Shown here: in pieces, positions 52,197 to 61,870 of the stretch
Layout: the number at the start of each line of letters is the position of its first letter
Numbering within the stretch: the stretch's first letter is position 1
Source: Promethearchaeia archaeon
Lineage (GTDB): Archaea; Asgardarchaeota; Lokiarchaeia; Sigyniarchaeales; SOKP01
Direction: 5' to 3'
Length of the DNA: 64,000 nucleotides
NCBI GenBank assembly: GCA_029856045.1
Contig: JAHQWG010000047.1
Location: 32,001 to 96,000 of the forward strand
Position numbers and translations under genes: made by a program
Notes under the pieces: model-generated
What the model was told of the DNA's origin: nothing
Database searches by the model: none
What the model saw: only the letters and a program-made list of their open reading frames with translations

Positions 52197-53075
52197 TTAT
52201 TCATTTAGATTTATCTTTTTTTGTTTTCTTCTTTTCTGAATCAGTATATAAGCGAAAATTCCAGCAAAGGAACCAATTATTATTATAATCAGAACAAAAA
52301 ACCAAGTGAAATCTAAACCTTCGGGAATAGGTTCACAATAAATCACAATTTCTATATCTTCGGATGTTACCGTAACAATTTTTTGTCCGATTAAAACAGC
52401 TTCTTGATATACTTCAAGTTTATATATGCCAGCTGCTACCAAGAAAAAACCACTTCCATTATGGGTAAACTCAGATGTATATTCTAAATAGTTATTCGTA
52501 TCCATCAAACGATGTATTACAACTTCCACATTTGGAATTATCTCATCAGTTATATTATTTTTCACAATAAAGGTTATTTTACGAGTTTCTAAAATTTCAA
52601 ACAAGATGTTAATTTTTGCGGATGTTACTACTGGGTTTCCAGCCTGTTCTCCGCTTAATCCTAAAATATTAATACTGCTGATTCCTGTTATGGCGGGGTC
52701 TGTTATATTAATCGAGAAATCAACTGCTTGATTAGTTCCTTTCTCGAGAAGGAAATTATTTTGATTAGGAGAAAAAGTTATTCCACTCTTTTGAAAGCCA
52801 ATAGAGATGATGAGATCCTCATCACCAGTATTATAAATTCTAATCGTATTTTGGCTACCGTTAATAAATTGACCTTGGCAAACGACAAGATGTTCTATTT
52901 CTGGGGAATATGATATACCTATGCCTGTATTAGCAGTATGCGGAGAAAAAATTTGATTTATGTATTGAATTCTATTAATTGGATGCGAAGTTGAAAATAT
53001 TATTAAATTAATTATAACGGAATATAATAATAAAAAAGAAAAAAAAGATTTTATTTTTGCTTTTACAAATTTCAA
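52197..53075 (-). CDS. Cell-surface protein: signal/TM, Ig-like domains, C-terminal TM anchor
   Basis: N-terminal hydrophobic segment, IYNTGD Ig-like motif, C-terminal TM plus KRRKQKK tail. Confidence 0.75.
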   Translation of the reverse strand: MKFVKAKIKSFFSFLLLYSVIINLIIFSTSHPINRIQYINQIFSPHTANTGIGISYSPEIEHLVVCQGQFINGSQNTIRIYNTGDEDLIISIGFQKSGITFSPNQNNFLLEKGTNQAVDFSINITDPAITGISSINILGLSGEQAGNPVVTSAKINILFEILETRKITFIVKNNITDEIIPNVEVVIHRLMDTNNYLEYTSEFTHNGSGFFLVAAGIYKLEVYQEAVLIGQKIVTVTSEDIEIVIYCEPIPEGLDFTWFFVLIIIIIGSFAGIFAYILIQKRRKQKKINLNE

Positions 53076-53095
53076 CCATTATTCACATACTAGTT

Positions 53096-54007
53096 TTATA
53101 CCGAAGCTATAGTTGCAGTAAGAGTAAATGTATATGTTGTATCGGGAACGCCCGTATCAACATCGAGGAATAGAGATAATTGGTGCGTTGTGCCAGCTTC
53201 TGCTGAAGGTGCATCTTGGTTCGTCTTCCAATCAGCTGCATTTGTTGTTATTTCAGTTCCACCACCCGAATCACGAGTTATTTCGAATTTTGAATCGAGA
53301 GAACTCCAAGAGCTCCTACTCAATTGCATTGTGTAATTATAATTCGCAATAGCCGTAATAGTTAAGTAACCAGAAACAGGATCTGCGATCACATTATCAT
53401 CTGTTCCAGGATTAACGCTACCAAAATTAAAATTCGCCTCGCTGATGTCAAGTGAGAAATACTTATTAACTGTAAAAGCAGTAGAAGTCATAGTACCTTC
53501 ATTACCATCATTATCAGTTGCTTTTACTCTAACATACCAATAAGCCCCAACAGCTTGCGATACTGTTGAGAATTTGAAATATGCTTTATAGTCTCCACTT
53601 ACTACAGTTTTATCACTAGGTTCTATAGAATTAGCAGAATCTACATAACCAGAAGGAGAAGATGTCCAAGTATCAGTAGAATTTACATATGTGAGTGTAA
53701 AATGATCAGTGACATTATCCGTTCCATCCCAAGCAGAATAATTAGAGTTATAAATGTAGAAAGTTAGATTATCAATATCATTCAAAGTATTATCATCACT
53801 AATAGTTGCATTAATGTAAAAATATGTATTTACATCTGTAGAAGATGGCAATGCAATTGCTGTAACAGACGGGCTTGTTGAATTTATGATAACAGAACCA
53901 TTTGAAGTATCAGATAGAGCATTAGGAATGAATATACAAAACAAAATGATAAGAAGAGCACTAAATGATAATTTGGTTAATTTTTTATATTTCATATAAA
54001 TTTTCAC
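53096..54007 (-). CDS. Secreted Ser/Thr/Asn-rich beta-sandwich protein (putative fibre/pilin-like subunit)
   Basis: Signal peptide, many NxS/T sequons, no C-terminal TM, ends in YTFTLTATI strand. Confidence 0.7.
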   Translation of the reverse strand: MKIYMKYKKLTKLSFSALLIILFCIFIPNALSDTSNGSVIINSTSPSVTAIALPSSTDVNTYFYINATISDDNTLNDIDNLTFYIYNSNYSAWDGTDNVTDHFTLTYVNSTDTWTSSPSGYVDSANSIEPSDKTVVSGDYKAYFKFSTVSQAVGAYWYVRVKATDNDGNEGTMTSTAFTVNKYFSLDISEANFNFGSVNPGTDDNVIADPVSGYLTITAIANYNYTMQLSRSSWSSLDSKFEITRDSGGGTEITTNAADWKTNQDAPSAEAGTTHQLSLFLDVDTGVPDTTYTFTLTATIASV

Positions 54008-54054
54008 ATTCTTGTCTTTTTATAGTTTTGTTAGCAAAATTGTATATAATTTTT

Positions 54055-54073
54055 AATATATTTAAATTTATCG
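54055..54073 (-). promoter_or_regulatory. Candidate BRE-TATA promoter (CGATAAATTTAAATA) for the surface-protein pair
   Basis: Archaeal BRE/TATA-like arrangement 50-65 nt upstream of the ORF. Confidence 0.4.
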
Positions 54074-54360
54074 TAATAAATGCTATTTCATCTCCTACTT
54101 AGATCTAGTTTTGTGTGTGTAAGGAGAGAGTTGTGTGTAAATAAGAATAGTAAAGTACTAAATTCAACTATTTACTCACCTTGAAAATACCCATTGAATC
54201 TTATATATAATCACCCAGCGTGTGAATTGAACGTATAAGTTCAGATACAAAAATTGTACTGTACAAATCGAAAAAAAGGGCAAGGAATAGAATTTAAAAC
54301 AAACAATTTTTTGAAATATTTATTTAAATTTTTTTTCAAACACTATCATAACTAAATTAT

Positions 54361-55431
54361 TTACTTTTTCAACCTTTCTTTTAATTTATTAGTAATTAAA
54401 TTACCCATGTCAATTGTTGATAGAATTTTTAAGTTATCTGATTTAATGTCCATGGTTCTACCTTCACCTAAGGCCTGTTCTACACAATTCTCAATATCTT
54501 TACCTAAATCTTTCCGTTGAAAAGATTCTTCAACCATCAATTTTACACTTAATATTGTTCCCACAGGGTTTGCAATTCCTTGACCCGCAATATCGGGAGC
54601 AGCGCCATGAATTGGTTCGTACATTGATAGATTCCCAGGATTAATATTACCGCTCGGTGCCATGCCCAGACTTCCTAAAAGATAAGCAGCCTCGTCGCTA
54701 ATAATATCTCCAAATAAGTTACCAGTAACTACAGTTTGACATGTATATGGTTTGCGAATTATCCATTGACAAAACGAATCAATTAAGAAGTTCTCTTTAT
54801 CGATATTGGGATATTTCATACCTATTTCTTCAAATATCTTTCTCCACAATTGACTGCATGCTAAGACATTAGCTTTATCAACTGAAGTGATTTTTTTATG
54901 ATTCCTTTTTTTTGTATATTCAAAAGCATATTTGATAACTCTCTCGCATCCTTTACGGGTATAAAGCATAATATTTGTAGCAATTTCATCTCTTAAGATT
55001 CCCCCAATTTTTGCATATAAGCCCTCAGTATTCTCTCGAACGATAGTCATATCAATACCATCTCCTATATATTCATCTTTCAACGGACAACAATCTCTTA
55101 TCGTATCAAATAATTTAACAGGTCTTAGGTTTATATATAAATCAAAATTTTGTCTTATTTTTAAGATAGCAAGCTCAGCAACACCAGGTGGTAAATCAGG
55201 TAATCCTATCGCACCAAAAAGAATTGCATCCGACTTTTTTATAATATTTAACGATTTTTCTGGGAGGCTTTCCCCGTAAGTTTTATAGATAGATCCACCA
55301 GCAGGAGCCTCAATATATTCCATACTTAAATCTGAATACTCATTAATAATCTTAAGAATTTTTAATCCTTCATTTACCACTTCGGGACCTACTCCATCCC
55401 CCTTTATAATCGCAATTTTTTTTGTTTCCAT
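54361..55431 (-). CDS. leuB: 3-isopropylmalate dehydrogenase
   Basis: GDGVGPEV, NLRP, RENTEGLY, DKANV, NLFGDIISD, EPIHGAAPDIAG. Confidence 0.88.
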   Translation of the reverse strand: METKKIAIIKGDGVGPEVVNEGLKILKIINEYSDLSMEYIEAPAGGSIYKTYGESLPEKSLNIIKKSDAILFGAIGLPDLPPGVAELAILKIRQNFDLYINLRPVKLFDTIRDCCPLKDEYIGDGIDMTIVRENTEGLYAKIGGILRDEIATNIMLYTRKGCERVIKYAFEYTKKRNHKKITSVDKANVLACSQLWRKIFEEIGMKYPNIDKENFLIDSFCQWIIRKPYTCQTVVTGNLFGDIISDEAAYLLGSLGMAPSGNINPGNLSMYEPIHGAAPDIAGQGIANPVGTILSVKLMVEESFQRKDLGKDIENCVEQALGEGRTMDIKSDNLKILSTIDMGNLITNKLKERLKK

Positions 55432-55599
55432 ATTAATTCAGACACCTAATAATAATATTTTAGAACATTATTTAAAAAATAAGTATATTAGAACAATTAA
55501 AAATGCAAATAACTCAATTTTTTATTGATAAAAATTGGCTCATAGAAGATTTAAAAATAATTAAATAAATTATTATCAAAAATAAAAGGAGAAAACTTT

Positions 55600-56067
55600 A
55601 TGGATGAAATAAAAACTAGATTAGAATATCGAGAAGCAGTTATTGGATCATGCACAGCTTTTATTATTGTTATAATTGTCATGATCATGCTCACGATAAC
55701 TATTTTCAGAGTGTGGCAGTTTTGGATGTGGTTTCCTGTTTTTGGAGTGTTAATTGCTGTTCTTGTTACCACGATTCAATATTTTACTGAGGGGAATATA
55801 AAAATTTGCCCAAAATGTGGAAAAAGGCTTGAAGGGACATCTCAATTTTGTAATAATTGTGGAATGAAAATCCTATCTAGATGTCATTCTTGTGGTGCGA
55901 AAGTTAATGGAGAAGTCAAATTCTGTGAACAATGCGGGCAAAAATTAGGAGATGTGATTACACCGAATGCAACCACAAAAATGGAAAATAGTAAATTCTG
56001 TCCCGAATGTGGCATTGAATTTAACCCCAATGCAAAATTCTGCTTCCGTTGCGGCACTCAATTATAA
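55600..56067 (+). CDS. Membrane-anchored double zinc ribbon protein
   Basis: Two TM helices followed by six CxxC motifs. Confidence 0.82.
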   Translation: MDEIKTRLEYREAVIGSCTAFIIVIIVMIMLTITIFRVWQFWMWFPVFGVLIAVLVTTIQYFTEGNIKICPKCGKRLEGTSQFCNNCGMKILSRCHSCGAKVNGEVKFCEQCGQKLGDVITPNATTKMENSKFCPECGIEFNPNAKFCFRCGTQL

Positions 56068-56630
56068 TTTTTTTTATATCTCTTTTTTTTTTCAAATTTT
56101 AAGGAAAATTAAAACTTTAAAAAAAGAAGCATATAACTAATGACTTGTTTGAATTAATTAACTACTAAATCTCAAGATTTAATAAACTAATTTATCTACA
56201 ATAAATAATCTAAAAACTAATTTTAATTAGAATATTAGCAAATAATTTTAATCATGGATTATCAGAGCATTAATAATTTTAGAGATTTAAAATCTTTTTT
56301 CTTAGGCTATTTTCGTGAAGATTTGTAATAATAATTTATGAATTTTTAAATTTCTTTAACGATTAGTTAGGGTTTATGGCATTATTTTTTTTAGTCGATT
56401 TTCATATTCTCAATTTTCTAATTTTAGTTTGAGATCTCTGATTTAATGGCTCAGAGATGTTTCCAGCATCATACTTATAGAAAATCAATATTTTTGTCGA
56501 AGCATCAAAAATTTTAACCAAACTACTATTTATCGCAACATTTATTAATGAGAAAGAAGAAATGATAAATATACACCTTAAAATTAAAAATTAAAAAATT
56601 TTAAAAATAAAAAATTGGAGGAAATAAATT

Positions 56631-56843
56631 ATGGTCAAAAAAGTATTTGCATGGAGCCCAATCCGCTCACTTATGAAAAATAATGGTGCTGAAATGGTTG
56701 CAAAAGATGCAGTAGACGCATTAATTGGATATCTTGAAAAATTAGCAAAAAATGTCACTTGTAAAGCTCTAGAATTTTGCCGACACGCTGGTAGAAAGAA
56801 ATTAACCTTATCGGATATGACTCTAGCAATCAGTACATTATAA
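56631..56843 (+). CDS. Archaeal histone
   Basis: PIRSLMK..GAE.V..DA...; HAGRKKLT..D histone-fold signature; GGAGG SD. Confidence 0.92.
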   Translation: MVKKVFAWSPIRSLMKNNGAEMVAKDAVDALIGYLEKLAKNVTCKALEFCRHAGRKKLTLSDMTLAISTL

Positions 56844-56848
56844 ATTTA

Positions 56849-56893
56849 GTTTAAAAAAATTCAAATTTTTTAACTTTTTCTTTTTTTTTTTTT
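56849..56893 (+). terminator. AT hairpin plus long T-tract terminator of the histone gene
   Basis: GTTTAAAAAAATTCAAATTTTTTAAC followed by a T run. Confidence 0.6.
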
Positions 56894-57104
56894 CCAATTT
56901 ATGTAATAATCTTAGATTTCTATCGTTGATTCTGAAATTAAAATTATTAAAAGATAATAAAAGTAGTTCTTAGAAACTTAACAAGTTAATAAATGAATAT
57001 TTATTTATTTTAGTTGAGAAGAATTAATTATTATAGACAGAATAAAAAAAATTATCTTTGATTTTATCGATATTAATGAATTAGAAGCAATTTTGTGATC
57101 AATT

Positions 57105-59141
57105 TTGAATGACATGAATATAAATTTAGAGGAAAAAAGATTTCAGAAATATCTTGATTTTGCAGGTGTTTTAATTGTAGTTATTGAAGCTGATCAAAGA
57201 GTTAGCTTTATCAATAAAAAGGGTTGTGAACTTTTAGGTTATAATAAGGAAGATGTTATTGGTAAAAATTGGTTCGATAATTTTATTCCAGAAACAATGA
57301 AAAATAAAGTAAAATCAGTATTTGATGAATTAATGGCTGGAAAAATCGAACCTATTGAATTTTTTGAGAATCCAATCATAACAAAGAAAGGTAAGGAAAG
57401 AATTATTGAATGGCACAATACAATATTAAAGGATGAGCAAGGTAAGATTTACGCAACATTAAGTTCTGGATTGGATATCACCGAGCGCAAGAAGGCGGAA
57501 GAGAAGATAAAACATCTAAATTTAGTGTTGCGAGCCATTAGGAATGTTAATCAACTTATTACAACAGAAAAGAGTTGTGAAAAATTACTTCAAGGTATTT
57601 GTGATAACCTTACAGAAACTCGTGGCTATTTTAATGCTTGGGTCGCCTTATTAGATAATTCCCACAATGTTATTATGACCGCTGAATCTGGTTTGGGTGA
57701 AGATTTTTTACCTATAGTTGAAACGTTAAAAAAAGGAGAGTTTACTAAATGCGGCCAGACAGCACTAACTCAATCCGAAGTATTAATAATTGAAGAGCCC
57801 CGTTTGACTTGCCTTGACTGTTCTTTATCAAAAAAATATGAAGGTAGAGCTGCAATGGTCGTTCGGTTGGAACGTGGAGAAAAAATTTTCGGTTGGTTAT
57901 CTTTATCCATTCCTAGAAATGTAGTTAAGGATGAAGATGAGCAAAAATTATTTAAAGAAGTCGCGAATGATATTGCTTTTGCACTTTATAGCATTGAACT
58001 TGAGGAAGAACGTGAGAAGGTGGAAAAAGCTTTAAAAGAGAGAATGAAGGAACTCGAAGCTTTTTATGAACTTTCTAAAATTGTAGAGGAACCTAATATT
58101 AAGGAAGAAATCTTAATACAAAAAATTATCAATATGATTCCAAAATCCATGCAATATCCTGAAATAACCTGTGCTAGAATTAAATTAAAGGGTCAAGAAT
58201 TTAGAACAGAGAATTTTGAAGAAACAAAATGGGTTTTAAAAAGTGATATAAAGATACTTGGAGAATTAGAGGGAACATTTGAAATTTATTATCTAAAAGA
58301 AAAACCTGAAATTGACGAAGGACCATTTATGAAAGAGGAGAAGGCTTTAATAGACGCATTAACCGAAAGGTTGGGAAGGATTATACAACGTATGGAAGTT
58401 GAGCAAAAATTAAAAGAATCCGAGGAAAAATATCGTGTGGCTTATAATCGGGCAGAATTTTATAAGGATATTTTTACTCATGATATTAATAATATACTTC
58501 AAAATATGAAATCCTCCATGGAGCTTCTTTCAACTTTTAAAAATATGTTAGAAAAATCGGATGAAGTTAACGAATTAACTAATATTATTGAAGAACAAAT
58601 CGTAAGGGGTTCAAAATTAGCTTGGAATATTCGGAAGCTGTCTCAAATTGAGGAAACCGAGAGCTCATTGGAACCTGTAGAAATATTTCAGGTTTTAAAA
58701 GAAGCTATTAATTTTATTCAAAAAAGTTATCATAATAAAGAGATAGATATTCAAATTGATTCTCAAATCAAACAGGGTTTTGTTCAAGCAAATGAATTAC
58801 TATTAGATTTGTTTGAAAACATCCTATTCAATGCAGTAAAACACAATGAAAATCCGAAAATTGAGATTTCAGTTAAAATATCTAAAGTGGATAAAGATAG
58901 GAAAAAATATGTGAAATTTGAATTTTTAGATAATGGAATTGGTGTTCCAGATGCATTGAAAAAACATCTTTTCAAGGATATTTTAAGTATAAAAAGGAAA
59001 ACTAAAGGAATGGGCTTAGGCTTATTACTTGTGAGCAAAATTCTTTCTATTTATGAAGGACAAATTTCGGTTGAGGATAAAATTAAAGGAGACCCCTCTA
59101 AAGGAAGTAATTTTATCATTTTACTTTCGGAGGTGATATAA
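57105..59141 (+). CDS. PAS-GAF sensor histidine kinase
   Basis: PAS/PAC, GAF, H-box THDINN, N-box NAVKH, DNGIG, GMGLGL. Confidence 0.93.
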   Translation: MNDMNINLEEKRFQKYLDFAGVLIVVIEADQRVSFINKKGCELLGYNKEDVIGKNWFDNFIPETMKNKVKSVFDELMAGKIEPIEFFENPIITKKGKERIIEWHNTILKDEQGKIYATLSSGLDITERKKAEEKIKHLNLVLRAIRNVNQLITTEKSCEKLLQGICDNLTETRGYFNAWVALLDNSHNVIMTAESGLGEDFLPIVETLKKGEFTKCGQTALTQSEVLIIEEPRLTCLDCSLSKKYEGRAAMVVRLERGEKIFGWLSLSIPRNVVKDEDEQKLFKEVANDIAFALYSIELEEEREKVEKALKERMKELEAFYELSKIVEEPNIKEEILIQKIINMIPKSMQYPEITCARIKLKGQEFRTENFEETKWVLKSDIKILGELEGTFEIYYLKEKPEIDEGPFMKEEKALIDALTERLGRIIQRMEVEQKLKESEEKYRVAYNRAEFYKDIFTHDINNILQNMKSSMELLSTFKNMLEKSDEVNELTNIIEEQIVRGSKLAWNIRKLSQIEETESSLEPVEIFQVLKEAINFIQKSYHNKEIDIQIDSQIKQGFVQANELLLDLFENILFNAVKHNENPKIEISVKISKVDKDRKKYVKFEFLDNGIGVPDALKKHLFKDILSIKRKTKGMGLGLLLVSKILSIYEGQISVEDKIKGDPSKGSNFIILLSEVI

Positions 59142-59143
59142 AA

Positions 59144-59539
59144 ATAGCAACAATAATGATTGTGGAAGACGAGTTATCAATCCAAAAAATATATAAGATA
59201 TTGTTAACTTCCTCTGGATTTGATATTATTGGGATGGCAAAAAATGGAGAGGAAGCAGTAAATATGTATAAATCATTTTTAAAAAAACCTGATATTATAA
59301 TAATGGATCATCGAATGCCTGTAAAAGATGGCATTGAAGCTACAAAGGAAATCCAACAGATTGATAAACATGCTAAGATTATTTTTGCTAGTGCAGATAT
59401 AACTACAGAAAAATTAGCTATGTCATTAGGAGCACTATCCTTTAAGATTAAACCTTTCGATAATGAAAGGTTAATTAATAATATTAAAGAAAAGTTAGGA
59501 ATAGAGCCTTTTTCTAAAAAGGTTAAAAATTTAATTTAA
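59144..59539 (+). CDS. Single-domain response regulator (CheY-like receiver)
   Basis: IVEDE, MDHRMP..DG, KPF; likely ATA start at 59144 behind GGAGGTGA. Confidence 0.92.
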   Translation: MATIMIVEDELSIQKIYKILLTSSGFDIIGMAKNGEEAVNMYKSFLKKPDIIIMDHRMPVKDGIEATKEIQQIDKHAKIIFASADITTEKLAMSLGALSFKIKPFDNERLINNIKEKLGIEPFSKKVKNLI

Positions 59540-59838
59540 AAAAAATTCAAATTTTTTAACTTTTTTTTTTCCCCCCAATTTATTTAGTTTAAGTAATTAT
59601 CATAGATTTTTATCGCTGATTCTAAAATTACAATTAAATATAATAAATTTTTTATTATAAGCTATTAAATATAATTGATAAGAATATTAATTGGTTTATC
59701 AGTAGGAACTTCTAATTTTGCCTTAGATACAAAAATTAGATCTTTTTATATTGACTGAAAATAAAAAGATATTTATAAAAAAGTTTAAATAAATCTAAAT
59801 GAAAAAATAAATATTACAAAAAAAGAAGATTCAATATT

Positions 59839-60537
59839 ATGGCTTCAACTATTTGTTGGTTAGATGGTATTACTGCAGTAGGAGTTGTGATTTTTGGTAT
59901 TGTAGTTGGAATTTTTTCTTATTATAAATCAAGAAAATTGGAACAAAAACTCCTTAAGTATTTTGGAATAATGATTGTTTGCGTTGGACTCCTGTATCTC
60001 GGTCCCTCCATAGATTTTTTATCAATCTTTTTTACAGGGAATAATATGGATAATTCTTTTGGATTGTACGGTATATTATGTTATATGTGGGTGGCGCCAG
60101 GCTTAATTTTTGCAATGTATCTTGGTGCAGTTCTTATCGCTCCAGAGAAGAAAACATATATTCTAATATTTTATATGATTTTAGGTATTATTTTTGAGAT
60201 ATTTTTATTTTTAGATACAGAAGGAACCTTTACATATGATTATCCCGCTATTCCTGGTGAAGATCTTATTAAATCTCACTTAAATTTAACAAGTCCAGCA
60301 TTCATATTAATAGTAATATTTCTTTTATCTGTCCTTTTTTTTAATGGATTTGGAGCATTATATAGAGCAATTCAATCAACGGGTGAATTGAGGAAAAAAT
60401 TTTTATATATTTCTTTTGGGTTCTTTTTATTTTGCATTTGTTCGATTTTTAACGCGTTTTTAGAAGATGTTTTATTTTTTGTAGTGAATATGGGAATGAT
60501 AATATATACCGTGTTATTGTATATTGGTGTAAAATAG
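59839..60537 (+). CDS. About 7-TM membrane protein, hypothetical
   Basis: Seven hydrophobic segments. Confidence 0.75.
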   Translation: MASTICWLDGITAVGVVIFGIVVGIFSYYKSRKLEQKLLKYFGIMIVCVGLLYLGPSIDFLSIFFTGNNMDNSFGLYGILCYMWVAPGLIFAMYLGAVLIAPEKKTYILIFYMILGIIFEIFLFLDTEGTFTYDYPAIPGEDLIKSHLNLTSPAFILIVIFLLSVLFFNGFGALYRAIQSTGELRKKFLYISFGFFLFCICSIFNAFLEDVLFFVVNMGMIIYTVLLYIGVK

Positions 60538-61014
60538 ATAAATTAAATGCAAATATTTTATATTAAAAATTTTTTTTTTCGAAAAAAGATATAGAAATCA
60601 AATAATAATAAAAGTGAAACCTTAAAACTAGTCCTTGTTATTATTTTAGATCAACTAATTGACTAGTAGGCAATTATTGAGTAACATAAAGACACTTTGG
60701 CATATTATTAATATTATTATGGATAATATTATGATTTAATCCTCGAATTTTATTTTTAATTAGACTTAGTTAATTTTAAGGAATAGAAATTATAAAAAAT
60801 GGAAAAAATTGGACTACAAAAATATTTTAATAAAGTAAATTTTAATTTTTTTTATAAAAATTTCATTTTTTTATCGAAATTTAAAATGAATAGATACTCT
60901 CATAATTTTGAAGATATTATTTTTTAGCAATATTATTATCGAGATAAAAGGAATTGCAAGAAGTGATTAACTGGAATCTTTAACGTTAATTTAAATGCAA
61001 TTGGTGGTTAATAA

Positions 61015-61629
61015 ATGAAAATGACTAAAATAGAAAAGAAGTTTGTTAATAGTAAAGGGCATGCTCAAAAGAATATAGAACTTATTGATCAATTGTTTAG
61101 TAAAGTCGATTTAAGTAATGTTAATAAAGTATTGGAAATCGGATGCGGAGTCGGAGTAGTTTCCGCACATTTGAATAAGAATTATAAGATGGATGTTGTT
61201 GGAACAGATTTAGATCAAGAGCAGATTAAAATAGCAAAAATATATAATAAAATGAATGAAAATTTAAAATTTATTAAAGCAGATGCTATAAAACTTCCAT
61301 TTGAGAATAATAAATTTGAGATTATCTTATCACTATGGGTTATGCATCATATAAATGATTGGGGTAGGGCGTTGAAAGAAATTAATCGAGTTTTAAAGCC
61401 AAAAGGTTTTCTTATTTTCTCTGACCTCGCATATTCAAAGATATTGCTGAGTGTCGGTAATATGGTAAATTCTATTAGAATTTTTAATCCCATTGTGAAG
61501 AATTATGGTTTTTATACAATTAATGATATAATCCATTTTTTGAAGAAAAATAACTTTGAAATTATTTATAAAGAGAAGCCTAAAGGAGTAATATTTAAAA
61601 ATCATACTATAGTGTTTCAGAAAAACTAA
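61015..61629 (+). CDS. Class I SAM-dependent methyltransferase
   Basis: VLEIGCGVG, DAIKLPF, RVLKPKG. Confidence 0.9.
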   Translation: MKMTKIEKKFVNSKGHAQKNIELIDQLFSKVDLSNVNKVLEIGCGVGVVSAHLNKNYKMDVVGTDLDQEQIKIAKIYNKMNENLKFIKADAIKLPFENNKFEIILSLWVMHHINDWGRALKEINRVLKPKGFLIFSDLAYSKILLSVGNMVNSIRIFNPIVKNYGFYTINDIIHFLKKNNFEIIYKEKPKGVIFKNHTIVFQKN

Positions 61630-61870
61630 AATGAAACTTCAATATGGTGTATGTAACTCACCATGATCATATGAATTCCTAACTTTACAATTGATTATTA
61701 TGGTAATTGAATTAAGAGTAAAATGGATAGGGAATATGATATAGACATTTAAAAAAAATACATATTATTAGTTTTATTAAATATTATATGGAATTAGTAT
61801 ATAAACGAGTTGTATAAAATTATCCTTAGCATTATAAAAAGGAGGGCCATTTAGTGACTCCCGCTGAAGT

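Larger units (their letters stand above)
51927..54510. repeat. Diverged direct repeat (51927..52076 and 54361..54510) flanking two secreted-protein genes
   Basis: About 150-nt alignment seen directly. Confidence 0.9.
56842..59636. repeat. Diverged direct repeat of about 105 nt (56842..56946 and 59528..59636) flanking the two-component pair
   Basis: Shared AAAAAATTCAAATTTTTTAACTTTTT...CCAATTTAT...GTAAT.ATC.TAGATTT.TATCG.TGATTCT.AAATTA.AATTA. Confidence 0.85.

Noticed and set aside
54090-54260. GT/GA-rich stretch upstream of the surface-protein pair as a riboswitch or ncRNA
   Set aside because: Only short 6-bp pairings were found and no recognisable family.
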